Positions 29,726 to 39,032 of a stretch of 64,000 bases of DNA are shown one piece after another; the stretch's first letter is position 1; each line of letters opens with the position of its first letter. A model generated the notes under the pieces. That model saw only the letters and a list, made by a program, of their open reading frames with translations. It was not told where the DNA came from and did not search any database. The position numbers and the translations under genes were made by a program. The stretch is from NCBI GenBank assembly GCA_903859215.1, contig CAIOLW010000144.1, positions 629 through 64,628 on the forward strand, read 5' to 3'. Origin of the DNA: an uncultured bacterium. Its GTDB lineage: Bacteria > Krumholzibacteriota > Krumholzibacteriia > LZORAL124-64-63.

Positions 29726-30864
29726 TCCTTCGCTCCCCGCAACTCGGCGTACAGGGCCAGCGTCTGCTGCGCCACGTGCTGCTGCGTGAACCCCGATTCC
29801 ACGAGCCGGCGGGCGGCCAGGCCGTAGCGTTCGCGCAGCGCCGCGTCCGCCAGCAGCTGCCGCAGCGCCCCGGCCAGCGCCACCTCGTCGCGCGCCGGCA
29901 CCACCAGGCCCGTTTCCCCGTGGATGACGATGTCGCGACAGCCGGGCACGTCGGTGGTCACCGACGGCCGGCCCGCCGCGGCGGCCTCGAGCAGGGTCTT
30001 GGGCAACCCCTCGCGATACGACGGCAGGCAGACGATGTGGCAGGACGCAAGGATGGCCGGCACGTCGTCGCGATGCCCCCACCACTCGACGTCGCCGGCC
30101 TCGCGCCACTTCAGCAGCGTCTGTTCGGGCACGGCCGCCGGGTTGTCGACGTCGGCGTCGCCCACCAGCACGAACCGCGCCTGGACGCCCTCGCCGCGCA
30201 GCCGGCGCGCCGCGGCGACGAACTCGCCCACGCCCTTGTCCCACAGCTGGCGCGCCGTCAGCACCACCAGCGGCACGCCGGCGGGCGGCGGCGTCACGGG
30301 GAACAGCGACAGGTCGACGCCCGACCCGCGGATGATCACGATGTCCTGCCGCCGCACGATGCCGGCCTTCACCAGGCTGTCGGCGTCGTCGTCGTTCTGC
30401 AGGATGGTCCGCGCGCGCACGCGCTTCAGCGCCAGCTTCAGCAGGCTGCCGGCCACCGCGCGCAGCGCCGCGCCCTTGGCGCCCTGCGCGATGAACACGT
30501 AGCCCAGGCCGGTGAACGCGTTGACGACCGCCGGCACGCCGGCCGAGCGCGCGGCCAGGCTGCCGTAGATGATGGGCTTGAGCGCGACGTGGTGCACCAG
30601 GTCGGGGCGTTCGGCGCGGTAGATGGCGGTGATCTGGCGCAGCGTGGCCAGCTCGCGCAGCGGGTCGATGCTGCGCCGGCTGAGCGAAAGCGGGTACAGG
30701 CGCAGGCCTTCGTTCTCGATGACGGCGCCGTGGCGGTTCACGCGCGTCACGACGACGACGTCATAGCCCGCGTCGCGCGCCGCGCGCGCCAGCGACAGGC
30801 GGTGCGAGCAGAACACCCAGTCTTCGGTGACCAGGAACAGCAGCTTCGGCTTGTGCGAACCCAA
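29704..30864 (-). CDS. Glycosyltransferase family 4 (PglA/WbnH-like)
   Basis: TTG start at 30864 after GGGAGG. Motifs TEDWVFCSHRL, KPIIYGS, GSGVD and LPSYREGLPKTLLEA. Confidence 0.92.
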   Translation of the reverse strand: MGSHKPKLLFLVTEDWVFCSHRLSLARAARDAGYDVVVVTRVNRHGAVIENEGLRLYPLSLSRRSIDPLRELATLRQITAIYRAERPDLVHHVALKPIIYGSLAARSAGVPAVVNAFTGLGYVFIAQGAKGAALRAVAGSLLKLALKRVRARTILQNDDDADSLVKAGIVRRQDIVIIRGSGVDLSLFPVTPPPAGVPLVVLTARQLWDKGVGEFVAAARRLRGEGVQARFVLVGDADVDNPAAVPEQTLLKWREAGDVEWWGHRDDVPAILASCHIVCLPSYREGLPKTLLEAAAAGRPSVTTDVPGCRDIVIHGETGLVVPARDEVALAGALRQLLADAALRERYGLAARRLVESGFTQQHVAQQTLALYAELRGAKDQAGPRG

Positions 30865-30887
30865 TGGGAGCCTCCCGAACCCTGAAC

Positions 30888-32831
30888 CTAGTGCCTGAGC
30901 CACAGCTGGAACATGAGCACATCCCACAGGTCGTATTGCCAGTTGCGCCTGCCGGACAGGTGCTCGTCCCACTTGCGGCGGATGGGCGCGGGCGCGAAGT
31001 AGCCTTCCTGCGCCAGTCGCCCGGGCTCGAGCAGGTCCTCGGCCCATGCGCGCAGCGGGCCGCGCAGCCAGTCGTCGATCGGGACGCTGAACCCCATCTT
31101 GGGCCGCTCGATCAGTTCGCGCGGCACATAGCGGTACAGCACCTGGCGCAACGGCCACTTCCCGACGCCGCCCCGCAGCTTGTAGTCCAAAGGCAACGAC
31201 CACGCGAACGCGACCACGCGATGATCGAGCAGCGGCACGCGCGTCTCGAGGCTGACGCCCATCGCGGCACGGTCGACCTTCACGAGGATGTCGTCCGGCA
31301 GGAAGGCCAGCGTGTCGAGCGCCATCATCCGGTGGATGAAGCCGTCGGTGCGCGGCTGCAGGTCGGGCGTCGTCATCACGGTGGCCGGTTCGGTGGCGCC
31401 CAGGACGACCGAGGCCGGGTCCTGCCAATGGCTGACCAGCATCCGGTACAGGTCCTCGGCCGAGCGGGCGCCCATCACGTCGGCGCCCTTGTGCAGCTTG
31501 TCGCCGACGTTCGCCTGCCCGATCCCGGCCGGCAGTCGCGACTGCACCGGCCCCAGGAGGCGGTCCCAGGTCGAGGGGCTGATCGCGGTCAGCGCGCGGC
31601 CGAGCCCGGCCCGCCCGCCGCGCGGCAGCAGGGAGAACCGGCGCCACAGCGTGTTGGCGAGCACGTAGCGGTTGTAGCCGCTGAAGACCTCGTCGCCGGC
31701 GTCGCCGGACAGGGACACGGTCACGTGCCGCCGCGCCATCTGGGCCACCAGGAAGGTGGGGATCTGCGACGAGTCCGCGAACGGCTCGTCGTACAGGTCG
31801 GGCAGCCGCGGGATCACGTCCAGCGCCTGCTGCGGCGTCACTTCCAGTTCGGTGTGGTCGGTGCCCAGGTGTTTGGCGACGGCGCGGGCGTGCTCCGCCT
31901 CCTGGTAGTTCTGGTCGGGCACGCCGATGGTGAACGTGCGCACCGGGCGCGACGACTGCGCCTGCATGAGCGCCACGATGGTCGACGAGTCCACGCCGCC
32001 GGACAGGAACGCGCCCAGCGGGACGTCGGACATCATCTGCCCGCGCACGGCAGTGCGCAGCAGCGCGTCCAGTTCATCGACGGCATCGGCCGGCGAGCCG
32101 CGGAACGGATGCGCCAGGCCGTCGGCCACCACCCGGCGCAGGTCCCAGTAACGTCGCGGCGCCGCGTCGCGCTGCGCCAGGGACAACGTCAGCAGCGTGC
32201 CGGGCAACAATTTTGAGATGCCCTGGAAGATGGAATGCGGCGCCGAGATGGCATTGTGGCGCATCAGCAGGCACAGGGCATCGCGGTTGACGGGCGCAGC
32301 GAACGCAGGATGGGCGCGCAGCGCCTTCAACTCGGAGCCGAACAGCAGCGTGCCGCCCTGCCAGCCGTAGTACAGCGGCTTCTCGCCCAGCCGGTCGCGG
32401 GCCAGGGTCAGTTCGCGACGCTCGCGATCCCAGACGGCCAGCGCGAACATGCCCACGCTGCGCTCGATCGTCTCGTCGAGGCCCCACGCCTCGAAGCCGG
32501 CCAGCAGCGTCTCTGTGTCGGAGTGGCCGCGCCAGGCAGGCGCGGCTTCGCCCAACTGCTCGCGCAGCTCGAGGTGATTGTAGATCTCGCCGTTGAAGAC
32601 CAGCACGAAGCGCCCGCCGGCCGACAGCATGGGTTGGTGCCCGGCCGCGCTCAGGTCGACGATGGACAGCCGCCGGTGCACCAGGCCCACCGCCGCGTCC
32701 GCATCCACCCACACGCCGGCATCGTCCGGGCCGCGATGGGCGATGACCTCGCCCATCCGCCGCAGGACATCCGGCCCCGACGACGGGTCGAACGCCGCTG
32801 AAGCCCCCAGGTAACCGGCGATGCCGCACAT
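30888..32831 (-). CDS. asnB: Asparagine synthase-like glutamine amidotransferase (probably sugar amidation)
   Basis: N-terminal MCGIAG, HRGPD, FNGEIYN, FLSGGVDSS and KVDRAAM motifs. Located within the polysaccharide locus. Confidence 0.93.
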   Translation of the reverse strand: MCGIAGYLGASAAFDPSSGPDVLRRMGEVIAHRGPDDAGVWVDADAAVGLVHRRLSIVDLSAAGHQPMLSAGGRFVLVFNGEIYNHLELREQLGEAAPAWRGHSDTETLLAGFEAWGLDETIERSVGMFALAVWDRERRELTLARDRLGEKPLYYGWQGGTLLFGSELKALRAHPAFAAPVNRDALCLLMRHNAISAPHSIFQGISKLLPGTLLTLSLAQRDAAPRRYWDLRRVVADGLAHPFRGSPADAVDELDALLRTAVRGQMMSDVPLGAFLSGGVDSSTIVALMQAQSSRPVRTFTIGVPDQNYQEAEHARAVAKHLGTDHTELEVTPQQALDVIPRLPDLYDEPFADSSQIPTFLVAQMARRHVTVSLSGDAGDEVFSGYNRYVLANTLWRRFSLLPRGGRAGLGRALTAISPSTWDRLLGPVQSRLPAGIGQANVGDKLHKGADVMGARSAEDLYRMLVSHWQDPASVVLGATEPATVMTTPDLQPRTDGFIHRMMALDTLAFLPDDILVKVDRAAMGVSLETRVPLLDHRVVAFAWSLPLDYKLRGGVGKWPLRQVLYRYVPRELIERPKMGFSVPIDDWLRGPLRAWAEDLLEPGRLAQEGYFAPAPIRRKWDEHLSGRRNWQYDLWDVLMFQLWLRH

Positions 32832-32833
32832 CC

Positions 32834-34000
32834 CTAGCCCGCCGCCTTTCGCTGCGCACCCAGCGCCGCCAACCCGGCGTAAAACAGTTCGTACTTCTTC
32901 ACGATCGCGCCGATCTCGAACTGCGACGCCACGCGCCCGCGCGCCCGCGCGCCGAGTTCGGCCCGCTGCGTCGGCGACAGGGCGAGCAGGTCGTCGGTCG
33001 CCGCCGCCAGCCCCGCCATGTCGCCGCAGGCCACGACGCGGCCGGAGTCCCCCACGATCATGGCCGAGTCGCCGGCAGCCGTCACGGCGCACGGCACGCC
33101 GCAGGCCATCGCTTCGCCCAGGACGCTGGGAAAGGCCTCGCCCCACGACGGCGAGACCAGCACGTCCAGCGCCGCCATCAGGCGCGGCACGTCGTCGCGA
33201 GGGCCCAGCAGCCGGGTAGCGCCGGACACGCCCGCGTCTTGCGTGCATTCGGCAAGCCGCGCATTGTCGCGATCGAGCCCCGCGCCGACGAGCACGAACC
33301 GCGCATCGGCGCGGCGCCCGTGCACAAGGCCGGCGACGGTGACGAACCCCTCGATGTTCTTCAAGGGGTCCCAGCGGGCGACCAGCCCGACCACGGGCGC
33401 CTCGGCCGCCAGGCCCAGTTCGCGCCGCACCTCGGCCCGCGCCTCGCCGTCGGGCCTGAACCGCGAGAGGTCGAACCCGTTCGGCACCACGACCAGGCGC
33501 CCGGCCGCATAGCCGATCGCGATGTGGGCCGCGCGCGCGGCCTCGGACACCGACAGGATGCGGTCAGGTACAAGACGCGAAAGCCGCGCGCAGGCCCGCG
33601 CCACCAGGCGCGTGGAGAGCTTGGTCCTGTCCGGGTCGAGCGACGTGTTGTGGATGGCCCAGCCGATGCCGCAGCCCCCGGCCAGCTTCGCCGCCAGCCC
33701 GCCCACCAGGTCGGCATGGTACATCCAGGTGTGGACGACGTCAGGCCGCAGCGCGCGCAGGCGGGTGGCCAGCCGCGCGACCGCGAGCGGCCCCACGCGC
33801 CCCGGTGTCAGGCCGAGCGCCTCGACGGGGATGCCCAGCGCCTCGATCCGCCGGCCGACCTCGCCCACGTCGGTCAGCGAGATGACGCGCGGCGCCCAGG
33901 CCGGGTCCAGGCGCTCGAGCACCTTCAGGAGCGTGAGCTCGGCGCCACCGGTCCGCAGTCCGGTGATCACAACGACCAGGCGTGCCGGACGGCCGTCCAT
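32834..34000 (-). CDS. Glycosyltransferase family 4
   Basis: ITGLRTGGAE, HTWMYHAD, VPNGFD and EAFPSVLGEAMACG motifs. Confidence 0.92.
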   Translation of the reverse strand: MDGRPARLVVVITGLRTGGAELTLLKVLERLDPAWAPRVISLTDVGEVGRRIEALGIPVEALGLTPGRVGPLAVARLATRLRALRPDVVHTWMYHADLVGGLAAKLAGGCGIGWAIHNTSLDPDRTKLSTRLVARACARLSRLVPDRILSVSEAARAAHIAIGYAAGRLVVVPNGFDLSRFRPDGEARAEVRRELGLAAEAPVVGLVARWDPLKNIEGFVTVAGLVHGRRADARFVLVGAGLDRDNARLAECTQDAGVSGATRLLGPRDDVPRLMAALDVLVSPSWGEAFPSVLGEAMACGVPCAVTAAGDSAMIVGDSGRVVACGDMAGLAAATDDLLALSPTQRAELGARARGRVASQFEIGAIVKKYELFYAGLAALGAQRKAAG

Positions 34001-34068
34001 GGGGCTCCAGGGTCGAAAGGTGGCGGGTGCGGAAGCGGAAGGTACGATCAGGGGCGGGTCGAAGGTCT

Positions 34069-34098
34069 GTCAAGGGGCAGTCGGCACTGCCCCCTGAC
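34069..34098 (-). terminator. Hairpin immediately downstream of the sugar transferase
   Basis: GTCAAGGGGCAGT-cggc-ACTGCCCCCTGAC. No clear U-tract, so it may be a stabilising hairpin. Confidence 0.35.
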
Positions 34099-34099
34099 C

Positions 34100-34945
34100 T
34101 CAGCTCATGCTCTGGACGTACTGCAGGATCTCCTCGGCCTCGGCCTCGGCGTCCTCGGCCAGGGCCAGGCCCAGGCCCAGGCTCAGGCCACCGGGAACGG
34201 CGACCATGGCGCGGATACTGGCCGGCATCGCGGCAGGGTGAACGGCTGTCCGGGCCACCAGCGGCCGCGGCAGCAGGGCCGCGGGCTCGTACCAGGCCGG
34301 CACGTTGGCCACGATGGGCGCGTCCAGCAGCTGCCCGGCCGTCATCGCGGGCGTGGACTTCCACGGCGAGACGGTCTCGAGGATCGTCCAGATGTCCCGC
34401 AGCAGCGGGTCGGTGAGGCACTCCTCGTACATGGCCAGCTTGCGCGGCATGACGCGGTCGATGTAGAAGCGGCGCGAATCGCGCACCTGGTCGTCGGCAA
34501 GGATCGATTCCTCGCTGCGAAACGCAAGCGTGGCGCGGTGCGTGATCCCAGGCCTGACGTTCAGGATCCTCTGGTACTGGCGCGGGAACATCGAGGCGAA
34601 CTCGGGCACCTCGGGCCGCGGCCCCACCAGCGACATGTTGCCCTTCAGGACGTTCCACAGCTGCGGAATCTCGTCGAGCTTGGTGCGCCGCAGAAAACGC
34701 CCCACGGCCGTCACGCGCGGATCGCCGCCGGCGGTAACGCGGGCGCCCCGACGGTCGGCGTCGTGGATCATCGAGCGGAACTTGTACATGCGGAATGGAC
34801 GCCCATGGCGGCCGAGGCGCGACTGCGCGAAGACCACCGGGCCGGGGCTCGACAGCCGCACGGAGGTGGCGACGCCCAGGATCAGCGGCAGCAGAATCAG
34901 CAAACCGATCACGGATGCGGAAACATCAAACCATCTCTTTACCAA
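34100..34945 (-). CDS. Initiating sugar transferase (WbaP/PglC family) with C-terminal extension
   Basis: KRWFD, F.MYKFRSM, DPRVT.VGRFLRRTKLDEIPQL.NVLKG.MSLVGPRPE and RPGIT motifs. TTG start. Confidence 0.93.
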   Translation of the reverse strand: MVKRWFDVSASVIGLLILLPLILGVATSVRLSSPGPVVFAQSRLGRHGRPFRMYKFRSMIHDADRRGARVTAGGDPRVTAVGRFLRRTKLDEIPQLWNVLKGNMSLVGPRPEVPEFASMFPRQYQRILNVRPGITHRATLAFRSEESILADDQVRDSRRFYIDRVMPRKLAMYEECLTDPLLRDIWTILETVSPWKSTPAMTAGQLLDAPIVANVPAWYEPAALLPRPLVARTAVHPAAMPASIRAMVAVPGGLSLGLGLALAEDAEAEAEEILQYVQSMS

Positions 34946-35026
34946 GATCTCCCCTTCCCTGGGACATCACCCACGCCGAACCGGCCGTCTGATATCGGCC
35001 GGGCGCGGGAATTCCTTAGTGATTCA

Positions 35027-35042
35027 TGCAATGCCGGTGCCA
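35027..35042 (-). promoter_or_regulatory. Sigma-54 (-24/-12) promoter for the sugar transferase
   Basis: Minus strand reads TGGCACCGGCATTGCA, matching TGGCAC-N5-TTGCA with exact GG-N10-GC spacing, about 80 bp upstream of the start. Confidence 0.7.
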
Positions 35043-35510
35043 CTCCCCCAACTGCCCAGCATAACGTTCGGTGATGCCATTTCTTTCTCAGATACTTCAA
35101 TTTTGTGGGGAGTTATGAGAATAGGCAAGGGCAATGTTGGGACATTATCATGAGTTTTTTGGTCCGCTATTGGCTGGTTGTTTTCCTACCCATGTGGTGG
35201 GGATGAACACGCGTAGATCGTGCCGTCCGGCCTCGAACGTGGAGCCTCGTGATGAATTTGAATGAAATTGCAACTCATCAAGATAATTCCGCCTGCGGCA
35301 CCCGAAAGTGCTAGATGACCGGAAACCGCAGCTCACCACGCGGCCCAAGACCAAGATGCCCGACATGGAGCGGTCATCAATACCGCCGCGCACGGGCATC
35401 TTGTAACCAACCGGCGGCGACGTGCCGCACCCGACGGGTAGACCGGGTCATATTGTCGCGATTGCCGCCACGCAGACAAAATGCAATCATGCTTGAAAAG
35501 TGTTTCGTGT

Positions 35511-35526
35511 CGGCACGGGGGTCGCA
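35511..35526 (+). promoter_or_regulatory. Possible sigma-54 promoter for the plus-strand GT cassette
   Basis: CGGCACGGGGGTCGCA: GG-N10-GC with a GGCACG -24 box and a degenerate -12 box (TCGC). Confidence 0.4.
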
Positions 35527-35640
35527 TGCCTGCGATCGCTCATCAACCTGCCCTGTGACGCACAACGAACAGAGCCTATGCGACGCTCGCCAGACGGTTG
35601 GCCCGCAACAAAGTCGGGTCCCAATGCCTTACAAAGGGAC

Positions 35641-36771
35641 ATGGTAATCGTTGTGAGTCCGTTGAATCTGCCGAATTCGCCCCCGCCGAACGGTGTCACC
35701 TTCATCATCGTTGCACGCAACAGCGGGAGCGTCATAGCCCCTCTGATAGGTGACCTGATAGCCCAGGATTTCCCCCGTTCGGATCTTGAGGTGATAGTTG
35801 TTGACGGCTGTTCAACAGATGGCACAGCGGACATCGCCGAGCGGTTGCTTACCGGTTCCGGCATTGCCTTTCGCATCCTGAGCAACCCCGCTCGCATTCT
35901 CCCGTCCGGCTGGAACATTGCACTGGCAAGCGCACAACGTGACATCATCCTGCGCGTCGATTCCCACGCGCGTATCCAACCCGACTTTGTGCGACGCAAC
36001 TACGAGGCTCACGCCCGCGGCGAGTTCATCACGGGGGGACCAGTCATCTCCATGGCGCAAGAGGGGGCGAGCAAGTTCGCCCTGGCACTCGAGTCGTCTC
36101 GATTCGGTGGCGGCGCAGCCGACTTCCGCAATGTCCTGCCGCAATCCGACTATGTAGACACGCTTGGATTCGCGGCATATCGGCGAGAGATCTTCCTTGC
36201 GATCGGCGGCTATGACGAGCGCCTGGTCCGCAACCAAGACAACGAAATTCATGCCCGCATGCGCCATGCCGGCTACCGGTTCCGCTACGAACCCACAATC
36301 CGCAGCACCAGATGGGTCCGCCCCCGATTCAGGGCGCTTCTCCGCCAGAAGTTTCTGACTGGATATTGGATTCCCCTCACCGCAGTGGTCCGCCCATCTG
36401 CCTTTTCTGCACGCCATTGGGCGCCACTCATGTTCGTACTGTTTCTGGCAGCCGCTGCAGCATGTTTCGGAATCGGGCAGATTGGATGGCCGCTCTTCAC
36501 GATGCTCGGTTGTTATCTGGTTCCTGCAGTGCTGTTCTCAGCGAAGGCGGCGAACAGTACAAGTGGCCCGGGGCTGGTTGGATCCGTGTTCCTACCATTC
36601 GGATTCTTCGCGTTGCACATAAGTTACGGCATCGGTACGCTCGCCGGGACGTTGGCTGCGCCATCATTTGCCTGGCGGACGCGGCGATATTCCAACCCGT
36701 ATCCGGCCGGGAAGAACCAGGAAAGTTCCCAAGGCCGCCGACAGGGAGAGGACCTCACTGGCCATGCGTAA
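35641..36771 (+). CDS. Glycosyltransferase family 2 (ExoA-like)
   Basis: IIVARN, VIVVDGCSTDGT, RVDSH and GGYDERLVRNQDNE motifs with C-terminal TM segments. Start approximate. Confidence 0.9.
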   Translation: MVIVVSPLNLPNSPPPNGVTFIIVARNSGSVIAPLIGDLIAQDFPRSDLEVIVVDGCSTDGTADIAERLLTGSGIAFRILSNPARILPSGWNIALASAQRDIILRVDSHARIQPDFVRRNYEAHARGEFITGGPVISMAQEGASKFALALESSRFGGGAADFRNVLPQSDYVDTLGFAAYRREIFLAIGGYDERLVRNQDNEIHARMRHAGYRFRYEPTIRSTRWVRPRFRALLRQKFLTGYWIPLTAVVRPSAFSARHWAPLMFVLFLAAAAACFGIGQIGWPLFTMLGCYLVPAVLFSAKAANSTSGPGLVGSVFLPFGFFALHISYGIGTLAGTLAAPSFAWRTRRYSNPYPAGKNQESSQGRRQGEDLTGHA

Positions 36772-37885
36772 GCCGGACATCGTCTTCATGGCCAGCAGGG
36801 ATTGGGACAGCCTCCCCCTGCACAGTCATTACCTTGCAGAAGGATTCGCCCGTCTGGGACACGAGGTCCTGTACATCAACCAGACGCTCCAGAAATGGCC
36901 GCGACTGAGCCATGTGTTGTGGCGCCTGCTGCCTCACCGAAAATCGGGGCGCGTTTCTTCCTACTCACGTGAGCATGCGGTCCCCAACGTCACGCCCGTC
37001 ACCATCTGGACCGGCCCGCCGACCTCGTGGCTGCGCCCGATCAACAAACGGATCATCGCGCACACACTCAAGGCATGGCGAAACCGCCGCCCCATTTTCG
37101 TGACATTCGTGCCGACCTATACCGCTCTGGACCTCGCGGACTTCCTCAAGCCAGGCGCTATCGCTTACGTCAACTACCATCACTTCGAAGCCGACAATGT
37201 CATCTCTGACCTGTTGAGGGCGGAGCGCGAACTCGTTGACCGATGTGACTTCCTGTTCGCTGACTCGCTCTTCCTTCGCGAACGTATCACGCGCATGTCG
37301 GGAGGCCGCGAGGTCCACCGATGCATGCCCGGAGTCTACTATGACCGCTTCCGTGCCGCATGCCGTGGCGACGAAGTCACGCGACGAAGGACGATCTACT
37401 ACTTCGGCGATATCGGGGCTCATTTGGACCTCGACCTGTACAATGGGTTGGCCGAAACGCACGAAGTGACATTCATAGGGGTCGTGAACCCGGTCGCCCG
37501 TGAACTCATATCTTCGCGCATCAGGGTATTGCCCCCGGTTTCCGTCATGGATTTGCCGTCCGCCCTCCGCGAGGCGGATATTGTCACCGCCCTATACCGG
37601 CCTTCCGAGTACATGCTGGGCGTCATCCCCGCCAAATTCTTCGAATGTCTCGCGACCGGCAAGCCATTTCTGGTCAGTGGGTTGCGCGAGGCAGAGCCGT
37701 ATCGGGAACTCGTCTACATCGTCCAGGACGGCCTGACCGAGGCCCTGCGCATCATCGAGGACCTGAGCACAACAGAGTCACCGGAGCGTCGTGCGGCCTG
37801 CGACGACGAGGCCCGCACCGCAGACTGGGGCAAACGGTTCGAGCAGTTCAAGACCGTTGTCCTGCCGGGGGAAAATGATGCATAA
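36764..37885 (+). CDS. Glycosyltransferase, GT-B (TuaH-like)
   Basis: MRKPDIVFMASRDW..HYLAE.FARLGHEVLYIN and PAKFFECLATGKP motifs. Overlaps the upstream stop. Confidence 0.82.
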   Translation: MRKPDIVFMASRDWDSLPLHSHYLAEGFARLGHEVLYINQTLQKWPRLSHVLWRLLPHRKSGRVSSYSREHAVPNVTPVTIWTGPPTSWLRPINKRIIAHTLKAWRNRRPIFVTFVPTYTALDLADFLKPGAIAYVNYHHFEADNVISDLLRAERELVDRCDFLFADSLFLRERITRMSGGREVHRCMPGVYYDRFRAACRGDEVTRRRTIYYFGDIGAHLDLDLYNGLAETHEVTFIGVVNPVARELISSRIRVLPPVSVMDLPSALREADIVTALYRPSEYMLGVIPAKFFECLATGKPFLVSGLREAEPYRELVYIVQDGLTEALRIIEDLSTTESPERRAACDDEARTADWGKRFEQFKTVVLPGENDA

Positions 37886-39032
37886 CGGCAACTCTCAGCC
37901 AGGACGCGGCCTTTTGTTCATTTACAGATACAACGACCCCACCATTTACGGCGGTATCGAACGCAAAATCCTGACTATAGCAAAGTGGCTATCCGCTAAT
38001 CAGATGTTTACACCGCACCTTTTGACCAATTACGGGGATTCGATGTTCGCCGGTGATTTTCGCAGTGCAGGCTTCCCGGTCCACGTTGTGTCAATGGGTG
38101 GCCCCTTCGGAATCGCAAACATCGCCCGGACAGCTCTGGCACTCATAGAGGAACACGATATCGTGCTGGTGCAGACTCACAGATTTCGCGAAAGCCTGGC
38201 CGGCGCCGAGATTCGCAGGCGCAACTCACGCATCCGCCACATTACGCGGGTGCACACCCACATCGACGGCTCCGCGGTGCAAGGCTGGAAGTTGCCAGCC
38301 TACCACCTGCTGGACAGATGCGCACAACCGTGGGTAGATTCCTACGTAGCGCTCAGCCAGACGATCCGCGACGAACTCGTAGCCCGCAGCCACATTGCAC
38401 CATCCAAAGTGCGCATTGTACCCAACGGAATTCCGATGCTTGAGACCGAGCCCCAGATTGAGGATGGCCAGAACAGCCTGCAGCGCCATGTGGCGGTCGT
38501 TGGAACTGTCGAGGAGCGCAAGCGCCAGGAATACCTCGTCCGGGCGATCGGTCATCTCCGACGCGAGCGGAAACTCGACGTGCGACTGTCGCTCTTCGGT
38601 ACCTTCGACCCCATGTACGGCGAGTGGATGCGCAACCTCGTCGGACAGGAGGGCGTCGGCGATCTGGTGAACCTCGCGGGGTATACAGACAATGTCGCCG
38701 CTGCGCTGGCCGGCATCCCCGTTGTGGCGATCGCGTCCGATTTCGAAGGAATTCCGACGAGCATTCTTGAAGGCATGAGCGCCGGTCGTCTGGTCGTCGC
38801 CACCGATGTGGGCGGCACTGCGGACCTAGTGGTCGATGGCGTCAACGGGTTCCTGCTGCCGCCCGGCGACTGGCGACCCTTCGCAGAGGTTCTGGAAAGG
38901 ATCTGGTCCGCACCTGCCGCCCACTGGGTCGGCATGCGTCGGGCCGCCATGGCCACGTACCAGGAACGATTCACCGTCGATGCGATGATGCAGGGATTGC
39001 TCGCCACCTACCGCGACTGCGGCGTCCTATGA
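37875..39032 (+). CDS. Glycosyltransferase family 4
   Basis: YGGIER, VPNGI and FEGIPTSILEGMSAG..VVATDVGG motifs. Confidence 0.9.
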   Translation: MMHNGNSQPGRGLLFIYRYNDPTIYGGIERKILTIAKWLSANQMFTPHLLTNYGDSMFAGDFRSAGFPVHVVSMGGPFGIANIARTALALIEEHDIVLVQTHRFRESLAGAEIRRRNSRIRHITRVHTHIDGSAVQGWKLPAYHLLDRCAQPWVDSYVALSQTIRDELVARSHIAPSKVRIVPNGIPMLETEPQIEDGQNSLQRHVAVVGTVEERKRQEYLVRAIGHLRRERKLDVRLSLFGTFDPMYGEWMRNLVGQEGVGDLVNLAGYTDNVAAALAGIPVVAIASDFEGIPTSILEGMSAGRLVVATDVGGTADLVVDGVNGFLLPPGDWRPFAEVLERIWSAPAAHWVGMRRAAMATYQERFTVDAMMQGLLATYRDCGVL

